Below, piece by piece: positions 39,187 to 47,429 of a DNA stretch of 64,000 nucleotides. Under the pieces are notes generated by a model. The model did not search any database. It had not been told where the DNA came from and saw only the letters and a list, made by a program, of their open reading frames with translations. Source of the DNA: an uncultured delta proteobacterium (GTDB lineage: Bacteria > Desulfobacterota > Zymogenia > Zymogenales > Zymogenaceae); NCBI GenBank assembly GCA_963735595.1, contig CAVTLK010000005.1:480001-544000 (forward strand). Reading direction: 5' to 3'. The position numbers and the translations under genes are program-made. The first letter of the stretch is position 1, and each line of letters opens with the position of its first letter.

Positions 39187-40141
39187 CACACCATCGCTTG
39201 CCGAACGGGTCCTTTCGGGCAACGTGCGGGCCGCGGCGCGGCTCATGCGCGACATCGACGACGGGATGCCGAACGCGAGCGAAGAGCTGAAAAAACTATA
39301 CCCCCACACCGGGAAGGCCTACCTGCTTGGTATTACCGGCCTTCCCGGTGCGGGCAAATCCACCCTCGTCAACCGGATCGTCGAGCGGCTCAGGCAAGAC
39401 GGCCTTACCGTAGGGTTGGTGCTTGTCGATCCCACGAGCCCCTTTACGGGCGGCGCGATCCTCGGCGACCGGGTGCGTATGGCCCACCACTTCACCGACC
39501 CTGGCGTCTTCATCCGGTCGCTGGCGACCCGGGGGCACCTGGGCGGCCTTTCCTGGTGCACCAACGACGTCGTGAACGTCCTTGACGCGATGGGAAAGGA
39601 CGTGGTCATCATCGAGACCGTTGGGGTCGGCCAGGATGAGACGGAGGTTGTCTCCACGGCTCATACGACGGTCGTCGTCCTCACGCCGGGGATGGGCGAC
39701 GAGATCCAGGCCATCAAGGCGGGTATCCTCGAGGTGGGGGACGTCTTTGTGGTCAACAAGGCGCGCCGGGAAGGTGCAGACCGGGCGGTCCGCGACCTTG
39801 AAACGATGCTTTCCATGAGGGGGTGGAAGGCCGACGAGTTTCGGCCGCCCGTGGTCAAGACCGAGGCGCTCTATGACGAGGGAATGGACGAGCTCATGGA
39901 CGCGATCGGCCGCCACCGGGCGTTTATAGAGGGCGGCCAGGGCTTGAGAAAAAAGCGGATCGAGCGGGCGCGCTACGAGCTGGTCGAGCTCCTGAAAGAG
40001 GGCCTGCTCTCGGCGGTGCTTGACGTTCAGGGGGGGCAGGAGGCGATAGACGCGGTCTCCGAGAAGATCGCCGAAAGGGTCACGGACCCCTACACCGAGG
40101 TGAACCGGATCATCGCCGGGGCGCTCAAGCCCCGGGATTGA
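39176..40141 (+). CDS. meaB: Mutase-associated GTPase chaperone MeaB/ArgK
   Basis: GLPGAGKST, VDPTSPFTGGAILGDR, ETVGVGQ, QAIKAG, VNKA. Confidence 0.94.
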   Translation: MVSNTPSLAERVLSGNVRAAARLMRDIDDGMPNASEELKKLYPHTGKAYLLGITGLPGAGKSTLVNRIVERLRQDGLTVGLVLVDPTSPFTGGAILGDRVRMAHHFTDPGVFIRSLATRGHLGGLSWCTNDVVNVLDAMGKDVVIIETVGVGQDETEVVSTAHTTVVVLTPGMGDEIQAIKAGILEVGDVFVVNKARREGADRAVRDLETMLSMRGWKADEFRPPVVKTEALYDEGMDELMDAIGRHRAFIEGGQGLRKKRIERARYELVELLKEGLLSAVLDVQGGQEAIDAVSEKIAERVTDPYTEVNRIIAGALKPRD

Positions 40142-40337
40142 TACGCCGATCGTTCCCGCATACACGGCGTTGTCGTCCATGCTCCCCTCAACGGAATTGA
40201 TCACACGGCCCGTTAATCCGTCTTTCCCTTTTCTCCACGGTATCCTTCGATAAAACTTCCTTGAGTCCGCCGCAATAGTCATATATACTATTACTTGGAA
40301 CTAACGACAGTAATATATACGAGAATGGAGGAGACTC

Positions 40338-41525
40338 ATGAGAGATGTGGTCATCGTATCGGCGGCGCGAACGCCGGTGGGAAGCTTCGGGGGCGCGCTG
40401 AAGGGCCTCGGGGCGATACAGCTCGGGGCTACGGCGGTAAAGGCCGCGATCGAGCGGGCGGGGATCAAGCCCGCGGACGTTGAAGAGGTAATCCTCGGCT
40501 GCGTGCTGCAGGCGGCCCAGGGCCAGAACGTGGCGCGGCAGGTCGCGATGGCAAGCGGCATACCCCAGGAGGTGCCGGCCCTCACGATAAACAAGGTCTG
40601 CGCCTCGGGCCTGAGGTCCGTGTCGCTGGCGGCCCAGATCATCAAGGCCGGTGACGCCGACGTGGTAATCGCCGGCGGAACCGAGAACATGAGCGACGCC
40701 CCCTACGCGCTCACCGACGCCCGCTGGGGCTACCGGATGGGCGAGGGCAAAATCGTGGACGTCATGATCAAGGACGGCCTGTGGGACGCCTTCAACAATT
40801 ACCATATGGGAATAACCGCCGAGAACGTCGCGGAGCAGTGGAAGCTGACGCGCGAGGCGCAGGACGCCTTCGGCCTGGAGAGCCAGAAGCGGGCCGAAAA
40901 GGCCATCAAGGAAGGGCGCTTCAAGGACGAGATCGTCCCGGTTATGATCCCCCAGAAAAAGGGCGACCCTAAGGTGTTTGACACCGACGAGTTCCCGCGT
41001 TTCGGCGCGACCGCCGAGGCCCTGGCGGGCCTCAAACCCGCGTTCAAGAAGGACGGCACCGTCACCGCGGGAAACGCCTCGGGCATCAACGACGGGGCGG
41101 CGGCCTTCGTGGTGATGAGCGCCGAGAAGGCAAAGGCGATGGGGCTCAAACCCATGGCAAAGGTCGTTTCCTACGCGTCGGCGGGGGTGGACCCGGCCAT
41201 CATGGGGACGGGGCCGATCCCGGCCACGAAAAAGGCGCTGGCAAAGGCGGGGATAAAGGTCACGGACCTGGACCTCATCGAGGCCAACGAGGCGTTCGCC
41301 GCCCAGTCGCTGGCGGTGGTCAAGGACCTGGGGCTGGACACCATGATGGACAAGGTAAACGTCAACGGCGGGGCAATCGCCATCGGGCACCCGATCGGCG
41401 GCTCCGGCGGGCGCATCCTCACGACACTGCTCTATGAGATGAAGAAACGCAAGTCGAAATACGGACTGGCCACGCTGTGCATCGGCGGCGGCCAGGGTGC
41501 GGCGATAATTGTGGAAGGGATGTAG
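40338..41525 (+). CDS. Acetyl-CoA C-acetyltransferase (canonical thiolase)
   Basis: NKVCASG, NEAFAAQ, GHPIG, CIGGGQG all present. Confidence 0.96.
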   Translation: MRDVVIVSAARTPVGSFGGALKGLGAIQLGATAVKAAIERAGIKPADVEEVILGCVLQAAQGQNVARQVAMASGIPQEVPALTINKVCASGLRSVSLAAQIIKAGDADVVIAGGTENMSDAPYALTDARWGYRMGEGKIVDVMIKDGLWDAFNNYHMGITAENVAEQWKLTREAQDAFGLESQKRAEKAIKEGRFKDEIVPVMIPQKKGDPKVFDTDEFPRFGATAEALAGLKPAFKKDGTVTAGNASGINDGAAAFVVMSAEKAKAMGLKPMAKVVSYASAGVDPAIMGTGPIPATKKALAKAGIKVTDLDLIEANEAFAAQSLAVVKDLGLDTMMDKVNVNGGAIAIGHPIGGSGGRILTTLLYEMKKRKSKYGLATLCIGGGQGAAIIVEGM

Positions 41526-41552
41526 TCGGAAGGATAGATCGGCGGAACATAC

Positions 41553-41588
41553 AATGGCGGGGCTAAGGCCCCGCCATTTTGTTTTTTG
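41553..41588 (+). terminator. Intrinsic terminator
   Basis: AATGGCGGGGC-TAAG-GCCCCGCCATT followed by a T-run. Confidence 0.8.
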
Positions 41589-41600
41589 GTAATCTCCAAT

Positions 41601-42635
41601 CTATATATCTTCAAAATCAGTAAAATAGCTTATTCGGTCAGCCATATTATAATTGTAGAGATTTTCCGATTCAAGCTTCTTCTTCAAGCACTCCAGAAAA
41701 ACACGAATCGATTGGTGAAAAAGAAGTTTTTTCTTTCTACTATAGTAGTCCTTCTTGTTAATCTCTTTGCCGTGAACGATATTACTTCGAAGCCCATAAA
41801 AATCATACGCCCAGACCTCAATGTCTGTGGGACTGGACACTAATTCGTTTCCGCTACCGTCCATTAGTGGTGGATGTGGTCTTGTTCTTCTGTTTGTAGG
41901 AATTGGAGTATTTATATATCTATGTATCTTCCTGATAAAATCCCGCCTTTTACCAAAGCCTCCCAGAAGAATTTCGAATCCAACACACATCATAATTATT
42001 CTTGACTCATACTTAAAACCCTCTGTATTGGAATGCGCAAAAGAGACCCATTCTAGAGATCTTACTATTAATCGACATAGTTCTTTCCTATTTTTATCTT
42101 TAAGAAGATCCTCAAGTGATCTTAATAGCTTCTCATTGTAATTAATGGCCCAGCCGCTATTTATGTAAAACGGCGTGTAAAAATAAACTTCTTCTAACTT
42201 CAGTCCTCCGGCGCCCCTTCTAATATAACTCCCTGAAAACGGGGCTATGTCGTAATGGCCAACCCTAAAGTTTTGGGTGTAAAGCTGAAAATCATCAGAA
42301 GCAAAGGCGTTCACGCTATTGTTATTAACTATGGACGAAAAGCAAAGTATTGTTACTATATCTCCTAGCTTCTTGCTTTGACTTTCCTTTAAAGGAGCGA
42401 AATTATTCGGATGTTTGAATGATGCAACTGTGATTGAGTCGATGGGTTCATTTTTCGAATGTTTTACGTATTGTTTGAAAATCCTTTCTAAGTGCTCCTT
42501 TTCCTCCCTATTGCCACCCAGGTATGTGTCTTTACTTTCGTGGAAGTCCCAAAAAAGAAAGCCGTCTATTATAAGCTCATTCTTTAGAGATATATATGGA
42601 AGAAAACTTACCTGCGACTGTATATTATTTGACAT
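41601..42635 (-). CDS. ApeA-like HEPN-domain protein (putative RNase / defence effector)
   Basis: AT-rich gene; C-terminal GFEILL...YGLRSNIVHG gives the HEPN Rx4H motif. Confidence 0.7.
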   Translation of the reverse strand: MSNNIQSQVSFLPYISLKNELIIDGFLFWDFHESKDTYLGGNREEKEHLERIFKQYVKHSKNEPIDSITVASFKHPNNFAPLKESQSKKLGDIVTILCFSSIVNNNSVNAFASDDFQLYTQNFRVGHYDIAPFSGSYIRRGAGGLKLEEVYFYTPFYINSGWAINYNEKLLRSLEDLLKDKNRKELCRLIVRSLEWVSFAHSNTEGFKYESRIIMMCVGFEILLGGFGKRRDFIRKIHRYINTPIPTNRRTRPHPPLMDGSGNELVSSPTDIEVWAYDFYGLRSNIVHGKEINKKDYYSRKKKLLFHQSIRVFLECLKKKLESENLYNYNMADRISYFTDFEDI

Positions 42636-42680
42636 ATCGCCGTAGTCCCATTTACTGGCTACTATTAGATAATCTGTTGA

Positions 42681-43022
42681 TTAAATATCCCCGTCCAATA
42701 TGCTTCTTATTATCTGTAATATTTCGTCCTTCTTCTCATTTTTTAGTACTCCCACCGACGACGTTATCACCTTCTTGGAAATAGTAAAGATACTCGTCGG
42801 CACGACCTTGCTCTGGCGGCCGAGTCCACCCGACTCGAAATCGGTGTCATTGACAATAATGGCGTGTTTTTCGGACGTACGTATGGGTTGAGCGGAAATC
42901 TTGCAGGCAATGAAATCTTCGTTTTTCAAGTCAACGATGACAAACGCCGGTCGATTTTTAGATTTTGTTTGACTTGTAAAGGGGTAGTAGCAGAAGACAA
43001 CTTGACCGCTTACCAGCTTCAT
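42681..43022 (-). CDS. MazF/PemK-family endoribonuclease toxin
   Basis: GQVVFCYYPFT...KNRPAFVI, ACKIS, GGLGRQSKV..IFTISK; ATGA overlap with upstream gene. Confidence 0.88.
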   Translation of the reverse strand: MKLVSGQVVFCYYPFTSQTKSKNRPAFVIVDLKNEDFIACKISAQPIRTSEKHAIIVNDTDFESGGLGRQSKVVPTSIFTISKKVITSSVGVLKNEKKDEILQIIRSILDGDI

Positions 43023-43573
43023 TGATTCCAAGCTTCATCTTCCTCTTCCGAGAGCCATTCTCTATCGAGGTGCATTTCGCTCAGTTTTAGCATTATCCGG
43101 TTTTCGACTGCTTCTTCTTCGCGTGCCCTTTTCTCAAAAAAATCCCTCATCGATTTGTGGGTGATCGTCTCGCTCCCCTCCTCGGTCGGTTTCAGTCCGT
43201 GCCGGGCGGCAATCCACGGCGGCTCCTGGTGGGTCATCCGTTCGAGCTCTGTTGGGGAATAATCACCGTAGAGGTCAAGGATATAATCGATGAGAGTCTT
43301 TACTCTTTGGTCTGGAAAGTCGGGGCAATCGGGGTCTTCATCGATCGGATGGTAGGAGAACTCCTTGAATCGGCGGTAGAGCCGTGGTTGGACGGGGCCG
43401 CGCACCCAGGCCTGGATTTCTTCTCGAAATAGCGGTTGGTCATGAAGGCCGAGAAACCATCCCTGGGCGTAGTATACGAGTTTCTGCAATTTAAGATTGC
43501 TGATATTGTCGCCACGCTCGTGGAAGTAACAGAGAATGTAATCGGCAATTTTATCGGCTGTGGCGATACTCAT
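43019..43573 (-). CDS. Panacea (DUF4065/SocA/GepA) antitoxin with an extra acidic C-terminal tail
   Basis: ISNLKLQKLVYYAQ, QAWVRGPV, LERMTH..PW; tail LSEMHLDREWLSEEEDEAWNQ; GGAGG RBS. Confidence 0.88.
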   Translation of the reverse strand: MSIATADKIADYILCYFHERGDNISNLKLQKLVYYAQGWFLGLHDQPLFREEIQAWVRGPVQPRLYRRFKEFSYHPIDEDPDCPDFPDQRVKTLIDYILDLYGDYSPTELERMTHQEPPWIAARHGLKPTEEGSETITHKSMRDFFEKRAREEEAVENRIMLKLSEMHLDREWLSEEEDEAWNQ

Positions 43574-43606
43574 TCTGTTACCTCCTCCATTCACAATTCC
43601 ATGTAA

Positions 43607-43636
43607 AGTATAGTCACACTTTTACCGGCCTGTCAA
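43607..43636 (-). promoter_or_regulatory. Promoter of the Panacea-MazF-HEPN cassette
   Basis: TTGACA-18 bp-TATACT, about 35 bp upstream of the ATG. Confidence 0.6.
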
Positions 43637-43745
43637 CAGAATAACCCCAATACGATTTTCAGTATGAAGATTATGCATTACTTTTTCTCCCACAATAGCA
43701 AAGTTTATTGTAGAATGACGCCTCTATGAGAAAGGAACCATAACC

Positions 43746-44393
43746 ATGCCCGTCCAAAAACTCTTCTGGGACGATCCCTACCTGACCCAAATCGAGGCCG
43801 CCGTTACCTCTGTTGAGGGCGACGCCGTCACGCTGGACCGGACGATCGCCTACGCCTTTTCCGGCGGCCAGCAGTCGGACTCGGGGACGATCGGCGGATA
43901 CGAAATCCTCGACGCGCGGTGCGACGGGCTGGATATCCGCTATACGATCCCGGCGGGCCATACCCTGAAGACCGGCGACAGGGTCGCCGTGATTATCGAT
44001 TGGGACAAACGATACCGGATCATACGGCTCCACTTCGCGGCCGAGCTGGTCCTCGAACTGGTTTACCAGAACTACGGCCGGCCTGAAAAGATCGGGGCCA
44101 ACATCACGGACGACAAGGCGCGGGTGGACTTTTATTGGAAGGGCAGCATCGCCGAGACCTTCCCGTTCCTGGAAAACAGAATCAGGGAGCTCGTGGACGC
44201 GAACCTGGATATTGCGAGCGAATTCACCGACGAACGAGAGCAGCGCCGCCGCTGGCGCATCGACGGTTTTGCAGAGGTCGCCTGCGGGGGAACCCATCCG
44301 AAAAAGACCGGAGAGGTCGGGCCGGTGAAGCTCAAGAGAAATAACATCGGCGGCGGCAAGGAGCGGATAGAGATATACCTGCCGACGGCATAA
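43746..44393 (+). CDS. AlaX-type free-standing alanyl-tRNA editing protein
   Basis: KLFWDDPY, GGQQSD.G, RLHFAAE, ACGGTH. Confidence 0.85.
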   Translation: MPVQKLFWDDPYLTQIEAAVTSVEGDAVTLDRTIAYAFSGGQQSDSGTIGGYEILDARCDGLDIRYTIPAGHTLKTGDRVAVIIDWDKRYRIIRLHFAAELVLELVYQNYGRPEKIGANITDDKARVDFYWKGSIAETFPFLENRIRELVDANLDIASEFTDEREQRRRWRIDGFAEVACGGTHPKKTGEVGPVKLKRNNIGGGKERIEIYLPTA

Positions 44394-44500
44394 ACCATCG
44401 GCAGAGTCTTGTGGGCCGCGGGGATTTAGATCGGACGGACACCGGTATGGTGTCCGTCCTTTATTTCGGGCAAAGAAATATCTTGTATCAGGTAATATAT

Positions 44501-44527
44501 ATGATATACTTATATCATGTATATCAT
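44501..44527. promoter_or_regulatory. Putative operator of the downstream TA pair
   Basis: ATGATATA-CT-TATATCAT inverted repeat plus a third TATATCAT half-site at 44520-44527. Confidence 0.55.
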
Positions 44528-44542
44528 AACGCGGGGGAGTCT

Positions 44543-44896
44543 ATGGCCGAGCAGGCAAAAGAACGGATACGCCACATTCAGCTGGTCGTGCCGGCGGAAA
44601 CATATAAGGAGTTCAAGAAGATATGCGTAGACGAAGAAACCAACATGCGCGCAAAACTCCTCCAATTGATAGACGTGGCCATCGCCGCCGGCGCCGAGGC
44701 GAAAAAGAGTTTCTTTGATATGAGCGGTGAAGAAAGGGCCGCCATGTACGCGGAGGGCGTAGCGGCCGAAGTCGCCCGGCACCACGCAGCGGGAAGATAC
44801 ACAACCCACGGGGACGAGCACGGCGTGTACCGTCTTTATCCCGACGGCCGGAAGCGATACGTAAATCGATCCGATCGGGACGAGCAGGGTGACTGA
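44543..44896 (+). CDS. Putative antitoxin (RHH-like N-terminus)
   Basis: HIQLVVPAETYKEFKKIC ribbon-helix pattern; overlaps the downstream P-loop gene by 8 bp. Confidence 0.6.
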   Translation: MAEQAKERIRHIQLVVPAETYKEFKKICVDEETNMRAKLLQLIDVAIAAGAEAKKSFFDMSGEERAAMYAEGVAAEVARHHAAGRYTTHGDEHGVYRLYPDGRKRYVNRSDRDEQGD

Positions 44897-45512
44897 TCAG
44901 AAACCGATTCTGGCGGTCTTTGCCGGCCCAAACGGATCGGGCAAGACCACGCTAACCCGGATCGGTTACATAAACTCCACGGGTTTGCCCCGCCTCTACA
45001 TCAATGCCGATTCCATCGCCAAAGACCTTTCCATAGACGCCTACAGGGCGGCCCTGGAGGCGGAACGGCTGAGAAACGACGCGATCGCTGCCGGTGTATC
45101 GTTTGTCATGGAAACGGTCATGTCTACCCCGGGAAAGGTGGAAATGCTTCGCGAGGCCAAAAGGAAGGGATACCATATCCATTTGGAGTATATAACAACA
45201 CAGAACCCGGCCATCAATGTAGCGCGTGTCCGTAACAGGGTTCAAGACGGCGGCCATGACGTGCCGGAGGGAAAAATAGTATCACGATACGAGCGGAGCA
45301 TGAGGCTTCTGCCCAAGGCCGCGCGCATTGCCGACGTCGTGTCTCTATACGATAACTCCTCGACCAAACCGATTCTTATCGCCGAAAAAACATCCGACGG
45401 CCGATGGCTCATCTATCTCCAGCCGAGCCCCTGCTATTGGACGGAACCGCGCATCAGAAGGCTGCTCGAAATCAACGACAGCGAGACGGTGAACAAGGTG
45501 CAGAGTATATGA
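44889..45512 (+). CDS. Zeta-toxin-like P-loop kinase/ATPase (COG4185-like)
   Basis: AGPNGSGKTT, INAD, METVMS, RVRNRVQDGGHDVP..IVSRY, YDNS. Confidence 0.85.
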   Translation: MTDQKPILAVFAGPNGSGKTTLTRIGYINSTGLPRLYINADSIAKDLSIDAYRAALEAERLRNDAIAAGVSFVMETVMSTPGKVEMLREAKRKGYHIHLEYITTQNPAINVARVRNRVQDGGHDVPEGKIVSRYERSMRLLPKAARIADVVSLYDNSSTKPILIAEKTSDGRWLIYLQPSPCYWTEPRIRRLLEINDSETVNKVQSI

Positions 45513-45712
45513 GAGTTCCGGATTTCGAATGGGCCGGGCCGATCTTTTGTCCCGCGAAGAAACACATGCCTCCTTTTGATTGCATGCCTGTCAATTATCC
45601 TTGACAACCGGTTTCCTATAGTATATTTGTCATATATCAAGAGCGGCGGATAGAGTATCCGCCGTCGCCTTATCCGGGCCATCTGAACATGGAACACAAA
45701 AGGAGATTAGGA

Positions 45713-46102
45713 ATGAAACGCGTATTGTTTGCCGTTGCGATCGTTGCGTCGCTGCTGATGCTCATGTCGTTTATCGGATGCTCCGGCTCCGACGAACCGG
45801 CCACCGAAGAAACCACCCCCATGGAGACCGTGGGCCCCGATACGGCCGCGGAGCCCGTAACCGCCATCGACTGGCAGCGCAAGGGCGTTGACCTGATCCT
45901 CTCCGGCAATAACGATGAGGCCCTGGCGGCCCTGAACAAGGCCATCGAGCTGGACCCCACGCTTTCCATCGCCTACTACAACAGAGGTGACGTCTACAAG
46001 CGGCTCGGGCAGACCGACATGGCCCTGGCCGATTTCAAGGTTGCCTGTGACGGCGGCTGGGACGTCGCGTGTAAAGAGTATGCGACGCTGGGCGGCAAGT
46101 AA
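45713..46102 (+). CDS. Small TPR lipoprotein
   Basis: Lipobox FIG-C; ALAALNKAIELDP..AYYNRG TPR motif. Confidence 0.8.
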   Translation: MKRVLFAVAIVASLLMLMSFIGCSGSDEPATEETTPMETVGPDTAAEPVTAIDWQRKGVDLILSGNNDEALAALNKAIELDPTLSIAYYNRGDVYKRLGQTDMALADFKVACDGGWDVACKEYATLGGK

Positions 46103-46135
46103 CCGATAGACTATCGACCGTCACCGGCGCACAAG

Positions 46136-46166
46136 AAAGGCGGGGGAGATCCCCCGCCTTTTTTTT
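46136..46166. terminator. Intrinsic terminator
   Basis: AAAGGCGGGGGA/TCCCCCGCC followed by T8. Confidence 0.75.
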
Positions 46167-46234
46167 GTATACCCGGATATCTGAACGCCGTCGCTCGCCG
46201 GCGGTCGTATCATATCTCATATCCGAACGCGGCC

Positions 46235-47413
46235 CTATAGCACCCACTGCCCCTCGGCGTGGGTGAGCGTACCGTCCGGCGTGAGCCAGAGCCTCAGGTT
46301 TCCGCTTTTGGGCGCCCCGTTGACGCGGGAAGAAAAGCTCATCGTCGCGATGACGGTGCCGTCCGCCGTGCTCGCGCCCGTGACGTATGCGCTGACCGAG
46401 AGCGTCCCCCCGGACCTGAAGAAATCCGACACCCCCCTGAGCATGGCCGACCGGCCGGCGCCCCCGGCCGAGCCGCTGTAGTCGGGCGAGACGAGGGCCG
46501 AGAGAGCCCCGGTATCCCCCCGGGTCAGCGCCGCGGTAAAGGCGCGGACAAACCGGGAGGCCACGGCCTCGGGATCGGCCGTCTCCGATTCCCCGACCGG
46601 CGGCCCCTCCGCGGGTATATCCGATGCGCCGTCGGCGGCGGGCGCGGGAGCCTTTTCGTCCATGATGATTGCCGAGATCAGTCCCGCGTCCGTCTCTATG
46701 GCCGGCGGCTCCCCGGAAAAGGCGAGGTCGACCGGCAATTCGTCAACCGGCACCGGAGCGCCCCTGCCGAACCTCAGCCCGGATGTCCGGCCGTCCGGCG
46801 CGCACAGGGTGATCGGGCCGCCGCCGGGCCCGGTGAAATAGGCGCACCCCGCCCCCACGGAGGCGTATTCACCCCACGCGAAGATACCCATCGCCGCGGT
46901 GATATCGGCGCCGGTCTTAGGAGATGTCACGACGGTAATCGTGCCGCCGCCCATCGAGAGCGTACATACCCCCCCCGGCGGCGCGGCGGCCCGCATCCTG
47001 CCCGATTCGAGGCGGACCGAGATGTCGTAGACTACCCGGTCACTCCCGTCGTCCCCGGCGCGCCGGGGTGCGATATCCGTGATCTCGAGTGTCGCCGACG
47101 GCCCGAGGACCAGCCGTGTCCCGCCGGAGAAGGCGAGCTCGGCCGTGCCCCCGGACCCGGTGGCGATCGTATCGCCGGCGCCGATCTTTTCGTGCCGCCA
47201 GACGGAGACGAACGAATCAGTGCCCCGGTATTTGACGGAGACCGCTCCCTTGGCCCCCTCGGCACCGTCGATGCGGGCGATTCGCGCGACGGGAGCGGAT
47301 GCGGCGCAGACGCTCGTATCCATCGAAAAGACCAGGGCCGCGGAGAGTACGAGCCCCGCGGCGATATGGGATATCGAACGCGTCGACCGTGGGGCGATAG
47401 ATCGTCGTATCAT
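46235..47413 (-). CDS. Exported FecR-domain protein with C-terminal NTF2-like domain
   Basis: Signal/TM segment; GDTIATGSGGTAELAFSGGTRLVLGPSA and LESG FecR-like motif; C-terminal F..AL..GD..ALSALVSPDY. Confidence 0.6.
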   Translation of the reverse strand: MIRRSIAPRSTRSISHIAAGLVLSAALVFSMDTSVCAASAPVARIARIDGAEGAKGAVSVKYRGTDSFVSVWRHEKIGAGDTIATGSGGTAELAFSGGTRLVLGPSATLEITDIAPRRAGDDGSDRVVYDISVRLESGRMRAAAPPGGVCTLSMGGGTITVVTSPKTGADITAAMGIFAWGEYASVGAGCAYFTGPGGGPITLCAPDGRTSGLRFGRGAPVPVDELPVDLAFSGEPPAIETDAGLISAIIMDEKAPAPAADGASDIPAEGPPVGESETADPEAVASRFVRAFTAALTRGDTGALSALVSPDYSGSAGGAGRSAMLRGVSDFFRSGGTLSVSAYVTGASTADGTVIATMSFSSRVNGAPKSGNLRLWLTPDGTLTHAEGQWVL

Positions 47414-47429
47414 CGTCACGTTCTCCTGT

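Noticed and set aside
41590..45520. Integrative element or prophage carrying the TA modules
   Set aside because: No integrase, transposase, tRNA or flanking direct repeats seen; alaX in the middle has backbone-like GC
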